Of a stretch of 64,000 nt of DNA, positions 26,937 through 36,931 are shown in pieces. The DNA is taken from contig JACPHN010000268.1 of NCBI GenBank assembly GCA_016188575.1, forward strand, positions 916 through 64,915, written 5' to 3'. Origin of the DNA: Candidatus Schekmanbacteria bacterium (GTDB lineage: Bacteria > CSSED10-310 > JACPHN01). Each line of letters starts with the position of its first letter. Position 1 is the stretch's first letter. The translations under genes and the position numbers were made by a program. The notes under the pieces were generated by a model. That model had not been told where the DNA came from. It was given only the letters and a program-made list of their open reading frames with translations, and did not search any database.

Positions 26937-28268
26937 CTATTCCGGGGTTACCTGCAGCACCTCGCGGACCTCCGGAATTCCCCGCAGCGCCGCGGTGAAC
27001 CCTTTCGCCAGCCAGCCGGCGCGGGCGATTGCCGCGCCAACACCGGGATCATCGTAAAGCTGGCGCGTCATCATGACATCGCGCCCCGCCGAGAGGCCCT
27101 GGACCCGAGACGCCAGGTTGACCGTCCGCCCGAAGTAATCCAGCGCGTCGTTTGAGGTGACGGCGATGCACGCCCCCCGGTGGGCGCCAACCTTGATCAG
27201 GATTTCGCTACCGTGCTCGCTGTTGCGGTTGAGATCGTCGAAGACCCCGTGCATGGCGAGCAACGCCGCGGCCGCGTCCTCAGACGTCACGAACGTCGCC
27301 ATGATGGCGTCCCCGATGGTCTTGACTACGGCCCCGTGATGGTCCCGGACGATTCGCGTGAGAATGCGGAAGTGCTCGCGCACCAACCCGTACGCCAGGG
27401 AGTCGCCCAACCGCTCGTACAGCGCTGTGGAACCCTTGATATCCGTGAATGCAAACACGAGGTTGCGGATGGCGAAGGATTCGTCCGCGGCGATGAGCTC
27501 GGAGGTGAAAAAGTCACGAAAGCTCTGATTGGACGTCACATCCAGCCCCGTCACCCAGGGCGAATCCGCGACCCGCAGCAACATGACCTCAAGCGGCTCG
27601 CTGCTCGTATTGACGATGCGGAGGTCGAATCGCCCCGGCGCAAGCCGCTCACAACTCTCGCGCCTCATGCAAGTGCCATCGGTAGTGAAGGTCAGCGCGC
27701 GCGTACCGTCCCCAGATTCCCCTTCCACGAGCAGCGGCGAGCCGAAGCCGAGATCCGTGCGCATGAGATGATGCCTGCCCTCGCCGAGCTCCACGGACAG
27801 GACCGTTTCCCCAGGAGCCGCCACGGCGGTGGCGAGCCGTTCGTAGGAGATCCAGTAGCGAATGATCTCCGGGAGCGAGACGTCGGGGTAGCGACGAGCT
27901 TCCTGGCTGACGCGAAACGTGACCTCGACCGCCTCGTCCAGGGTTCCGGTGATATCGATGTTGCAGTGACCGCAGTGGGATTGGGGTTTGAGCAGCGAGA
28001 GCGAATCCACACGTTGGGTCGACCCCGTGCAGCTCGGGCAACGGATGTCCCACTCCATGTCGAAGACGCCGTGGCGGGTAGCGAACAGGAACGCCTCCAG
28101 GGTTTCGTACCTGTCGACGCCCCAGTCCCTGGCAAGGCGAAAGGGCGGTATCTTGACGAGCCCGGGCGGGGCAGCGGTGAGCACATGATCGGTCATCTGG
28201 GCGATCAGCCGGGGTGAAACGCCGAGCCGCTCCAGATCCTGCGTCGCCTTCCTGAGTCGTGTGGTCAA
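26937..28268 (-). CDS. Class III adenylate cyclase with N-terminal Zn-binding (DUF5939-like) domain
   Basis: WDIRCPSC...CGHC; FTDIKGST, VKTIGDAIMA, DYFGRTVNLASR. Confidence 0.88.
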   Translation of the reverse strand: MTTRLRKATQDLERLGVSPRLIAQMTDHVLTAAPPGLVKIPPFRLARDWGVDRYETLEAFLFATRHGVFDMEWDIRCPSCTGSTQRVDSLSLLKPQSHCGHCNIDITGTLDEAVEVTFRVSQEARRYPDVSLPEIIRYWISYERLATAVAAPGETVLSVELGEGRHHLMRTDLGFGSPLLVEGESGDGTRALTFTTDGTCMRRESCERLAPGRFDLRIVNTSSEPLEVMLLRVADSPWVTGLDVTSNQSFRDFFTSELIAADESFAIRNLVFAFTDIKGSTALYERLGDSLAYGLVREHFRILTRIVRDHHGAVVKTIGDAIMATFVTSEDAAAALLAMHGVFDDLNRNSEHGSEILIKVGAHRGACIAVTSNDALDYFGRTVNLASRVQGLSAGRDVMMTRQLYDDPGVGAAIARAGWLAKGFTAALRGIPEVREVLQVTPE

Positions 28269-28274
28269 CGGTCG

Positions 28275-28994
28275 TCAGTCCGCGCCGTAGACGTCTGTCT
28301 CGTGGATAGCGCTCACGATCCGCTGCCAGGCCGACTCGATCATTGTCACCGCGGTGTCCAGGCCGATGTTGGCGGTGTTCAGGACGACGTCGAAGTTCTC
28401 GGGGTCCAGCCACTCCTTCCCGAAGAGCGTCCTGACAAACCGCTTCCGCTCGCCGTCGGACCGTCGAATCGCGTCCTGGGCCGCCGAGCGGGTGTAGCCC
28501 TCCCGATCCATGAGCCGCTGCATCCGATGTTCAAGCGGCGCGATCACGCTGACATCCAAACGCGGTCGCAGCCGCGGCACGAACGCCGCTCCTCGACCGA
28601 GGATCACTACCGATCCCAGCCGCGAAAGCGACTCGACCGTCTCCAGCAGGAAGTGGTAGTAATCCCCGTGTCCAAACACCTTGCCGGCCAGCAGCGATTC
28701 GAGCCAGTTGTGAACCTCGGAACGCGCCTTTTCGTCCATCGCGTCCACGAGCTCTCGCCGCACGTCGCCGCGATTGGCGATCTCGTCGATGAGCTTCACC
28801 CCCATGAGCTGACAGCCCAACCGCTCCGCCACGCCTCTTGCGATATCCGCGCCGCCGCTGCCAAGCATTCGCGATACCGTCACCACCGGCTTGAGGACCG
28901 ATGGCTGATCGAGAGGCTTGTGGTACCGATTCTTCTCCGCAATCCAGCGCGCGATCTGCTGCTCGACGATCTGATTCACGTTCGGGCTCATCAT
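28275..28994 (-). CDS. Cytidylate kinase-like family protein (Cytidylate_kin2)
   Basis: VVTVSRMLGSGG, VILGRGA, APLEHR, FDVVLNT; GGAGG SD before ATG 28994. Confidence 0.85.
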   Translation of the reverse strand: MMSPNVNQIVEQQIARWIAEKNRYHKPLDQPSVLKPVVTVSRMLGSGGADIARGVAERLGCQLMGVKLIDEIANRGDVRRELVDAMDEKARSEVHNWLESLLAGKVFGHGDYYHFLLETVESLSRLGSVVILGRGAAFVPRLRPRLDVSVIAPLEHRMQRLMDREGYTRSAAQDAIRRSDGERKRFVRTLFGKEWLDPENFDVVLNTANIGLDTAVTMIESAWQRIVSAIHETDVYGAD

Positions 28995-29159
28995 GGCCTC
29001 CTTTCCGCTGATTCCAGCATTCCCCTCGGAGGCGGGCATGCGTCTTGGCCTGGGATGCCCCGCGTACCCTTGCTATAGGAGCGCCCCGCGGCAGTGTCAA
29101 GGAATGGCAAGACGCCAACGCGCTTGCGTCCCCAGGCATGTCGAGCTACGGTCAGGTTC

Positions 29160-30665
29160 ATGAACGCGGAGTTGCTCATCGTCGGCCGCGCCCGGGAGCA
29201 CGCGTCGCGCTGCGCGATTGCCGATGCTGGGGGTCGCTTCTCGTACACGGAGCTGCTCGCCGCAAGTGAGCGCATCGCCAGTGTCTTGCTCGGCGGCGCT
29301 CCGGACCTGGCGGAGCAGCGGGTGGCCTATCTCGCCCCGCCGGGCTTCGACTGGGTTGCCGCGCAATGGGGCATCTGGCGCGCAGGAGGTGTCGCCGTGC
29401 CACTGGCCACGAGTCATCCGCCGGCCGAGCTCGCCTTTGTCCTCCGCGACTCGGGCGCGCGCGCGACGATCAGTCATCCCACCTATTCCTACCTGCTGCG
29501 GCCACTCGCCGGCGGCCTCGGCATTCGGCACCTGGAGCTCTCCGCGGCCCTGAGCGCCGCGCCGAGGCCGCTGCCGGACCTCCACGGCGATCGACGCGCG
29601 CAGGTTTTCTATACCAGCGGCACCTCGGCCCGACCCAAAGGTGTCGTCCTGACGCACCGCAATATCGCGGCGCAAGTCCAGAGCCTGACCGCCGCCTGGG
29701 AATGGACCGCCGCCGACCGTATCCTCGGGGTGTTGCCGCTGCATCACGTTCACGGCGTGATCAACGTGCTGACGTGCGCCCTGTGGTCCGGTGCTACCTG
29801 CGAGCTGGTCGCGAAGTTCGACGCGGCACCCGTTTGGGATCGCCTCGCATCGGCGGAAATCACGCTGTTCATGGCGGTTCCCACCGTGTACGCCTTGCTG
29901 ATTTCCGCCTGGGAGCAAGCCGACGGGCACACGCGAGCCCGCTGGTCCGCGGGAGCGCGAACCGTTCGACTGATGGTTTCGGGGTCCGCGGCTCTCCCCG
30001 TAGGTGTCCTGCGCAAATGGCGGGAGCTCACCGGTCAGGTGCTCCTGGAGCGATACGGCATGACCGAGATCGGCATGGCGCTCGCAAATCCCCTGCATGG
30101 CCCGCGTACCGCCGGCTCGGTCGGGACGCCACTTCCCGGCGTCGACGTGCGCCTCGTAGGGGATGATGGCGCGGCGGTACCGCCGGGCACTCCCGGCGAG
30201 ATCGAAGTGCGCGGGGAGACCGTGTTCCTGGAGTATCTGGGCAATGCCGCGGCCACCGCCGCCGCCTTTCGCGACAGATGGTTTCGCACGGGCGATGTGG
30301 CCGTCCTCGAGGAGGAGCGCTACCGAATCCTCGGCCGAAAGAGCGTTGACATCATCAAGACCGGTGGCTACAAGGTGTCGGCCCTGGAGATCGAGGAGGT
30401 CCTGCGCGCTCACCCCGAAGTCCGCGACTGCGCGGTCGTCGCGATGCCCGATCCGGTCTGGGGAGAACGCGTGGCCGCGGCCATCGTGGCGGCGCCGGGA
30501 GCGCGGCCGGACGCCGATGAGCTACAGGCCTGGAGCCGTGAGCGGCTCGCCCCCTACAAGGTTCCCTCGCGCCTCACGCTCGTCGACGAGCTACCCCGCA
30601 ATGCCCTCGGCAAGGTCCAGAAGAACCGCGTAGCACGGCTCCTGTCGGGCTCTGGGGACGGCTGA
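29160..30665 (+). CDS. Acyl-CoA synthetase (MatB/ACSF3 malonyl-CoA synthetase-like)
   Basis: YTSGTSARPKG, LPLHHVHG, ERYGMTE, WFRTGD, KTGGYKVSALEIE, PRNALGKVQK. Confidence 0.88.
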   Translation: MNAELLIVGRAREHASRCAIADAGGRFSYTELLAASERIASVLLGGAPDLAEQRVAYLAPPGFDWVAAQWGIWRAGGVAVPLATSHPPAELAFVLRDSGARATISHPTYSYLLRPLAGGLGIRHLELSAALSAAPRPLPDLHGDRRAQVFYTSGTSARPKGVVLTHRNIAAQVQSLTAAWEWTAADRILGVLPLHHVHGVINVLTCALWSGATCELVAKFDAAPVWDRLASAEITLFMAVPTVYALLISAWEQADGHTRARWSAGARTVRLMVSGSAALPVGVLRKWRELTGQVLLERYGMTEIGMALANPLHGPRTAGSVGTPLPGVDVRLVGDDGAAVPPGTPGEIEVRGETVFLEYLGNAAATAAAFRDRWFRTGDVAVLEEERYRILGRKSVDIIKTGGYKVSALEIEEVLRAHPEVRDCAVVAMPDPVWGERVAAAIVAAPGARPDADELQAWSRERLAPYKVPSRLTLVDELPRNALGKVQKNRVARLLSGSGDG

Positions 30666-30804
30666 TTGCCGAGCACAACCGGCGCCTGTGTCCTGAATCC
30701 ACCGAGGGCTCGACGTCGATGCGCCTTCCGCGCAGCTTTCAGCCGCACAGGCGGTGGATTGAGATGTGTGGCAGGCCTGGTGCAGAATCAGGGATCAGCA
30801 GACG

Positions 30805-33144
30805 TTACACGCGGCCTTCGAGTTTGGGGCGAGACGCTTGCAGATCCTGTGCGGCCCGCTCCGCCATGCGCAGCAGCACTCTGGATCGCAAGAATTCGAG
30901 AATGTCGCCGGTGATCCGCTCCTGGTCTCCGCGCCGGGCCGCGATCGTGGTGGCCGCGGCGAATCCCGCGGGGACCTCCACCACCGCCACCTGGCCCTCG
31001 ACATCCCAAACACGGGCGACGCCCGACATCTTCCCGGAAACCGCCAGCCGGTCGTCGCCCACAATATTGATGTCGACGACATATTCGCGAATCTCCAGCG
31101 CCAGCAGAACGGCGCAGCCCATCGCCTTGGCGCGAGCCACGAGGCGCGCCGGGTCGAGCTCGGCGATTCCTCCCTCGATCGGCTCTCGCGCGATGAGCTC
31201 GGAAAAACGCTCGGCCACCGCGCCATCGCCCAGCCCATCGGCTTCGAACGGAGCGAAGAATGTCATTTCCGGGGGAAGCGCGGCGCGTTCGGGCGCGACG
31301 CTGAGCCCAAACACCAACCCGGCGTCCCTGGTGCACCCGCGGCGTTCGGCCTGGAGCTCGACATAGCGGTCTCGCCCCGCTCGCAGGAGCGACAGATCCA
31401 GAAGCTCTGCAACATCCGCCGGAAGGCGCAGGCTCACCGCCGCCAACACGCCGGCGTCGTCGTCCGCGAGCAGCGCCGAAGTCGCCGCCACGTGGAGCGG
31501 CGCCGAGCCCCCCTGGCCCGCTGTCGTCCCACTGTCTTCGGAGCCGCGACGGCCGGTATCTGCCAGCGCCAGCCACAGCGCGAGAACCATCGCGCCGACA
31601 ACCACCGCCGCGGCGCTCGTGAGACCTCGCCGGGTGCGCCAAAACGCGCCGGACGGCGCCGCGAGCGCGGAGACGGCTCGGTCCTCCGGCGGCGTGACCG
31701 TAACCGGCGCAGCAACAGGTGCGGCCGCCGGCGCAGCAGCGACCACGGGGCGGCGGCGCTGCGCGAGCCACAAGGCGCGCTGGTGCTGGGAGGGGCGCGC
31801 CAGCATGTCCTGGATCGCCCTGAGGCGATCGGAAACTTCCAGCAGCGAAACCGCGCGCGCGTCAGGATCCTCCGCCAGGAGCTCGTCCAGAAGCGGCTGC
31901 AGGCTCGCGATCAGAAACCCATCGAGCTCGTAGTGCTCCAGGGGCGGGGCTGGGCGATTGGCGCGCTTTTCAAGTCCCGTGGCGCTCGGCTCCAGGAGCG
32001 GGTGCTCACCTGTGATCATCTGCTGCAACAGGATCCCGAAGGCATAGATGTCCGTTGCCGGCGACGGCGGCAGGCCGCGAAACTGTTCGGGAGCCCTGTA
32101 GAGGGGGCTGCCGACCCACTCTTCCGCGGCCGCGTTTTCCTGTCCGTGCATTCGCAGCGTCAGCCCAAAGTCCGCGATCTTGGCCTGCAAATCCTCGGCG
32201 ACAAAGACGTTCCCCGGTTTGAGGTCGCCGTGGACACAACCGTGGCCGTGAAGATAGGCGAGCGCCTCCGCGATCTGGCGCCCGACAGGAAGTGCCTCCT
32301 GCCAGGAAAGCCGCCCGCGATCTTCCAATAGCGCGGCCAGTGTCCGTCCCGAGCTCTGCTCCAGAACCAGGCAAGGGCTGCCGTCTCCGTCGACGAACGC
32401 ATCCAGAGGCGCGATCGCATTCACATGGTGCAGGCCGATCAGTGCTTTCCAGTCATCCGTGATCCGCACCGCCGCGCTCTTGTCTCCCAGCAGGAACCGC
32501 TTCAGGCGCTTGACCGCGACGCGCCGCTCTGCGCGCTCGTCGCGGCAGGAAAAGACGCCCGCCGCCGCGCTTTCACCGAGCTGTTCCAGGACACGATATC
32601 GGCCGCCCAGAAGCGTTCCGGTCGCGCCGGGTAGCCGCGGCGGTCGGACGGGGACCTCCTTCGCTTCGCCTCCCGCCAAAGCCGACGGGATCGGTCCCCC
32701 CTCCGCGTCTCCCCTCGCAGGCGCGCGATGCATACTGTCTTGCTCGCTCGGATGTTGCGGCGCAATGGCGTCACTATCGTCATCCCGGCGAAAGCTGGCA
32801 GCCATGCTCCTGCTGCCATCGGATACAGGGACCGCGGCTTTCGCCGGGATGACGGAATCCTGTGGATCACCCGTCGGGGGCGGGGGAAGCTGGGTTGGAG
32901 GGGCTTCACGTCGCGCTTCCAGCGGCGCGACGGAGGGTGCCGGAGAGGATTCGCCCGCTTCCGCCCCCACCTCAGGCATCTCTGGCTCCGGCTCCTCGCG
33001 CGGCGCCAGCCCCATGATCTTCACGGGGCCTCCGCACCGCGGGCACCGCATACGGGCGGGATCCACCGTGCGGCCACTCCGCAAGCGCAGCCGTTTACCG
33101 CAGCTCTGACACCGAAACCCGGACTCGTCCGTCGCGCTCACCAC
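30805..33144 (-). CDS. Membrane Hanks-type Ser/Thr kinase with N-terminal Zn ribbon
   Basis: CQSC...CPRC; VAVK, HGDLKPGN, DFG, YRAPE, DIYAFG; one TM helix and a C-terminal domain. Confidence 0.87.
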   Translation of the reverse strand: MVSATDESGFRCQSCGKRLRLRSGRTVDPARMRCPRCGGPVKIMGLAPREEPEPEMPEVGAEAGESSPAPSVAPLEARREAPPTQLPPPPTGDPQDSVIPAKAAVPVSDGSRSMAASFRRDDDSDAIAPQHPSEQDSMHRAPARGDAEGGPIPSALAGGEAKEVPVRPPRLPGATGTLLGGRYRVLEQLGESAAAGVFSCRDERAERRVAVKRLKRFLLGDKSAAVRITDDWKALIGLHHVNAIAPLDAFVDGDGSPCLVLEQSSGRTLAALLEDRGRLSWQEALPVGRQIAEALAYLHGHGCVHGDLKPGNVFVAEDLQAKIADFGLTLRMHGQENAAAEEWVGSPLYRAPEQFRGLPPSPATDIYAFGILLQQMITGEHPLLEPSATGLEKRANRPAPPLEHYELDGFLIASLQPLLDELLAEDPDARAVSLLEVSDRLRAIQDMLARPSQHQRALWLAQRRRPVVAAAPAAAPVAAPVTVTPPEDRAVSALAAPSGAFWRTRRGLTSAAAVVVGAMVLALWLALADTGRRGSEDSGTTAGQGGSAPLHVAATSALLADDDAGVLAAVSLRLPADVAELLDLSLLRAGRDRYVELQAERRGCTRDAGLVFGLSVAPERAALPPEMTFFAPFEADGLGDGAVAERFSELIAREPIEGGIAELDPARLVARAKAMGCAVLLALEIREYVVDINIVGDDRLAVSGKMSGVARVWDVEGQVAVVEVPAGFAAATTIAARRGDQERITGDILEFLRSRVLLRMAERAAQDLQASRPKLEGRV
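32778..32854. repeat. CGTC-type REP palindrome in frame in the kinase linker
   Basis: Perfect 18-bp inverted repeat CGTCATCCCGGCGAAAGC (32778-32795) / GCTTTCGCCGGGATGACG (32837-32854). Confidence 0.85.
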
Positions 33145-33198
33145 GCTGTCACTCCGAGGCGCCGTCTTGAGTTGCCGCCGCGCTGTCTGTGACGCGAC

Positions 33199-34077
33199 CT
33201 ACCATCCCATCCTACCGCGTTCCCGCAGCCGGAGCCCAACCTCGTCGACCAGGGCTCGGTAATCCGTGCTGCCGCGCGAATCCGGAGCAAAATCATAGAT
33301 CGATTCTCCTGCGAACTGTGCCCGCGCGATGGCCGTGTTGACGCCGATCCGCGTGTCAAGCAGCGCCGGACCGTAGTGCGCCTCCAGCATGGACTCGACT
33401 TCCCGGTTGAGGCCCTTGGTGCGACTATCGAGCTGGGTGACGAGGATTCCGAGGATTTCCACCGCCGCTCGCAGACGCTCGCGCACGAGTTGGACGGCGT
33501 CGATGAGGTCGGCCACACCCTGAAAGCTGAGCAGCGAATACTCGCAAGGTACGAGCAGATAGTCAGCAGCGACAAGCGCATTCACCGTAAGGTTACCGAG
33601 GCTCGGCGGGCAGTCCAGCACGATGCAGTCGTAGTGTGTCCGCGTCACGTGTAACGCCTGTTGCAAGACGAACTCCTTGCCGATTCGTGCGCTCAGGAGC
33701 TGTTCGCTCTCCGTGAGACTCTTGTCGGGGGCGGTGATGTCCAGGCCACAAACCCGCGTTGGGATCGCTGCGTCGAGCACTTCGCGCTGCCGTTCGGCCA
33801 TCACGGCGGAAAGCTGCTTTGCGGCGCTTCCCCCGCGGATCCCCAGGCTCGAACCGACGTGGCCTTGAGGGTCGAGGTCGACGACCAGGACTCGCCGGGA
33901 GCCGTACCGGGCCAGTCCCGCGCCAAGGTTGACGGCCGTCGTCGTCTTGCCGACTCCGCCCTTGCTGGCGGCAACGGCGATGACGGTCGCGGTCTTCGTG
34001 CCGAGCTGGGGCGCCGGGGCAGCGCCCATCATTTGCTTGAAGCGACTCGCCAGAAACGAGGTGAGATCGACGGCCAT
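33199..34077 (-). CDS. ParA/Soj family ATPase (orphan)
   Basis: KGGVGKTT, DLDPQG, DCPPSLG; AAGGAG SD before ATG 34077; no parB adjacent. Confidence 0.9.
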   Translation of the reverse strand: MAVDLTSFLASRFKQMMGAAPAPQLGTKTATVIAVAASKGGVGKTTTAVNLGAGLARYGSRRVLVVDLDPQGHVGSSLGIRGGSAAKQLSAVMAERQREVLDAAIPTRVCGLDITAPDKSLTESEQLLSARIGKEFVLQQALHVTRTHYDCIVLDCPPSLGNLTVNALVAADYLLVPCEYSLLSFQGVADLIDAVQLVRERLRAAVEILGILVTQLDSRTKGLNREVESMLEAHYGPALLDTRIGVNTAIARAQFAGESIYDFAPDSRGSTDYRALVDEVGLRLRERGRMGW

Positions 34078-34320
34078 GAGGGCTGCTCCTTGTGCCTGTG
34101 CCGTTCCTTGCACATATGCCGCTATTCTGTAGCAGGCGCAGCCCGGGAGTGCAACGCCTCCTGCAGGGGCGCATGCCCCACCGAGTAGTCAGGCGATTCT
34201 TGCCAGTTCGACATCGAGACACTAGGTTAAGATCAGGATCGGTTGTGACCAGCCGCAGCGGCTCTGTCCGTACGACAGAGACGTTGCGGGAGACAGAGCT
34301 CTACGGCGGAAGGAAATGCC

Positions 34321-34668
34321 ATGGCCCAAGTGGGAACACGCGGTGCCACCGCTTTGGACAATCGGCGAAAGTCCGACCGCATGAGTGTCCATCCGGACAC
34401 GGAGGTGGTTCTGTACCTCCACAACAAGGACCCGGCGATGGCCAATGCTGGCCGGTTCCTCGGTCGGCTGCTACGAACGAACTTGCGAGCAACAGACGCG
34501 ATACTGGTGGCTACGGCGAGCGGTGGGCAGGTGTGCACGATCGACCTGCCGGCTACCGATAGCAGCGGTGCTGCCGTTGTCGCGGACAAGCTTGCCGACA
34601 TTGCCACTGAAGCCTCCTGGACCGTCACGTCGTATCGAACACGCCGGAAAGCCGTCCGGCTCCACTGA
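34321..34668 (+). CDS. Hypothetical protein, possible degenerate GGDEF-like domain
   Basis: AGGA SD; fills an intergenic gap; LLRTNLRATD...LPATDSSGAAVVADKL resembles the GGDEF scaffold. Confidence 0.55.
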   Translation: MAQVGTRGATALDNRRKSDRMSVHPDTEVVLYLHNKDPAMANAGRFLGRLLRTNLRATDAILVATASGGQVCTIDLPATDSSGAAVVADKLADIATEASWTVTSYRTRRKAVRLH

Positions 34669-34746
34669 GCGGTCCGGCCGGCGCCGGGCGATCCGTTGGA
34701 TCGCCCGGTTGCTCGCAAGCATGCCAACCGCCGAAGCGAAACGATT

Positions 34747-35997
34747 ATGAGAATTGCCATCATCGGCGGGGGCATTGCCGGGCTGACCGCTGGCCACCTG
34801 CTTCACTCGCGCCACCAAGTCACCTTGTTCGAACGCGCCGCGCGCCTGGGCGGCAATGCGTACACGATTACCACGCACGACGGGGAGGAAGTCGATATCG
34901 CGGTCGCCGCGTTTGGCAAGGCCGGCTACCCAAACTTTTACAAGCTGCTCGACCGGCTCGGTATCGAAACGCGGTGGTGCGCGGATTCCTATATCAGCAT
35001 GCACGATCTGGGCAGCGGCACCGGTCTGTACATGACGCCGTTCAGCCTCAGGGGCCTGGTGCGCCAACGCTTCGACCTGTTCAGCCCCGCAAACTGCGCC
35101 GCCTTTCTTGAGCTGGGCCGCGCCCTGCGGGCCGGCCGCGGCATGCTCGAGCATGGACGCCTTCCCGGGCTCACCCTCCAGCAGGCACTCGATCGCATCG
35201 GCCTGGGCCGCGGCCAGGCGCGACGCCTGCTGCTGTGCGCCTTGTGTCTGATGTCTTCGATGTCCGGGGACGAGGTCATGCACGGGCCCGCCGAGTTTTT
35301 CTTCAGAAAGCTGAGGATCAACAACGACGTTCTCTCGCCGCGCTCGACGTGGTCGGTGCGCTGCGTGGCAACCAGGACGAAGAGCTACGTGGAGGCGCTG
35401 GTGCGGCCGTTTCGCGACCGCGTCGTCCTGCAGTCCGAGATCAGAGCGGTCGAGCGCGATGAAACCGGCATCGAGATCGTCCATGCCGGGGGGCACCGGC
35501 AACGATTCGACAAGGTCATCTTCGCTTGCCCTCCCGACAACGCCCTGGCGCTGATACCGCGGCCGACCGCGAGTGAATCCGAGCTGCTCGGCGCCTGGCG
35601 CTACAAGGACGGAACCGTCGTCGTCCACCGCGACTGCTCCTCGTTTCCCCGACGGGAGCTCATGCAAGCGTACACGTTCCTCTTTCGCGAACACGAGGAC
35701 CGCTTCGAAACGTCGGTGAACGGCAGTTTGTGGCACGAACCTGGGGTATCCCGGTCGTCGCCCTATGTCAGCTCGCAACATCCGAACTTCCCGATCGAGA
35801 AGCGACTGATCGAGTTTGAGACGGTGTTGCGCACGCCCATCTTCGACTTTACCTCCTATCCAACGATGGAGCGCCTGCCGGCGCTCAACGGCGTGCAGGG
35901 TTCGTACTATTGTGGTAGTTACTGGGGCCACGGGCTGCACGAGGATGCCGTCACCTCCGCGATCAGCGTGGCGCGACAACTCGGAGCAGTCTGGTAA
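34747..35997 (+). CDS. FAD-dependent oxidoreductase (amine-oxidase-like, COG2907 type)
   Basis: MRIAIIGGGIAGL, RLGGNAYT, YPNFYKLL, CGSYWGHGLHEDA. Confidence 0.85.
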   Translation: MRIAIIGGGIAGLTAGHLLHSRHQVTLFERAARLGGNAYTITTHDGEEVDIAVAAFGKAGYPNFYKLLDRLGIETRWCADSYISMHDLGSGTGLYMTPFSLRGLVRQRFDLFSPANCAAFLELGRALRAGRGMLEHGRLPGLTLQQALDRIGLGRGQARRLLLCALCLMSSMSGDEVMHGPAEFFFRKLRINNDVLSPRSTWSVRCVATRTKSYVEALVRPFRDRVVLQSEIRAVERDETGIEIVHAGGHRQRFDKVIFACPPDNALALIPRPTASESELLGAWRYKDGTVVVHRDCSSFPRRELMQAYTFLFREHEDRFETSVNGSLWHEPGVSRSSPYVSSQHPNFPIEKRLIEFETVLRTPIFDFTSYPTMERLPALNGVQGSYYCGSYWGHGLHEDAVTSAISVARQLGAVW

Positions 35998-36046
35998 CGT
36001 ACCCGCCGCGTGCCAGGTTCCAGCACTTTTTGCCGAGGAGGTCAGC

Positions 36047-36907
36047 GTGTTCAGCAGACGTCAATTGCGCCACAATCGGATCGTCGTCACCGGCGCTGCC
36101 GGAGGCATCGGGAGCGCTCTCGCTCGGCTTCTGGTCACGCGCGAGGAGGCGTCGGTGATTCTGCTCGACCGCAACGCAGCAGCGCTGGCGGCGTTGCAGG
36201 CGGAGCTCCCCGTTCCCACGAGCCCAAACGGGGGACGCGGTCACCGCGTCGCCTGTGTCGATATTACGGACGCCGCTGCCATCGACGCGTTCGCGGACAG
36301 CGTCGCCTCCGAGCCCCTCGACGGCCTCATCAACAATGCCGGAGTGGCGTATGGCGGCACGTTTGAAACCATGAGCATGCACGACTTCCGCAAGGTGATG
36401 GAAGTCAATCTGATGGGTGCCGTCCACCTCACCAACCGCCTCCTGCCACAGCTTATCGACCGCCGGGGGTTCATCGCCAACATCGCCTCCGGCGCCGGGC
36501 TCGTGGCGCCCGCCGGCCTCGCGGCGTATGCGACGTCGAAGTTCGCCCTCGTCGGCTTCTCGGAGGCTTTGCGCGCCGAGCTCCGCGGCCGCGTGAGCGT
36601 CACGGCAATCTGTCCGGCGTTCATCGCCACCGACATCGGCAAGCGCGCCATGGCGCCCTCGACCCTTACTGGTGAAGCAGAGCTCCACTTCCGGGAAACC
36701 GTCGAGTCGCTCCTGCACCGGTCCGGCAAGGACCCGAGCGACGCCGCCGAGACAATTTTGGCCGCCATCCGGCGCGAGCGCGGCACCGTGCCGATGTGCG
36801 CGCTGACGCATGTGATTTTCAATGCCAAGAAGCTCGCCCCGGCACTCGTCGATCTCGCCAATCACCTGCAGTTCCGCCACCTGGTCGGCCTTGGCGTGAT
36901 GCGGTAG
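36047..36907 (+). CDS. Short-chain dehydrogenase/reductase
   Basis: GTG start with GAGGAGG; TGAAGGIG, NNAG, YATSK. Confidence 0.88.
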   Translation: MFSRRQLRHNRIVVTGAAGGIGSALARLLVTREEASVILLDRNAAALAALQAELPVPTSPNGGRGHRVACVDITDAAAIDAFADSVASEPLDGLINNAGVAYGGTFETMSMHDFRKVMEVNLMGAVHLTNRLLPQLIDRRGFIANIASGAGLVAPAGLAAYATSKFALVGFSEALRAELRGRVSVTAICPAFIATDIGKRAMAPSTLTGEAELHFRETVESLLHRSGKDPSDAAETILAAIRRERGTVPMCALTHVIFNAKKLAPALVDLANHLQFRHLVGLGVMR

Positions 36908-36931
36908 ACGATGGCGCCGGGAGGGTTGACA

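Noticed and set aside
26937-28994. Pycsar-like pyrimidine cyclase defence system
   Set aside because: The cyclase has canonical adenine-specifying Lys/Asp residues, and there is no TM or TIR effector with a cNMP-binding domain.
33199-34077. Plasmid or prophage partition locus
   Set aside because: No parB, parS, rep, integrase or phage genes; the context looks chromosomal.
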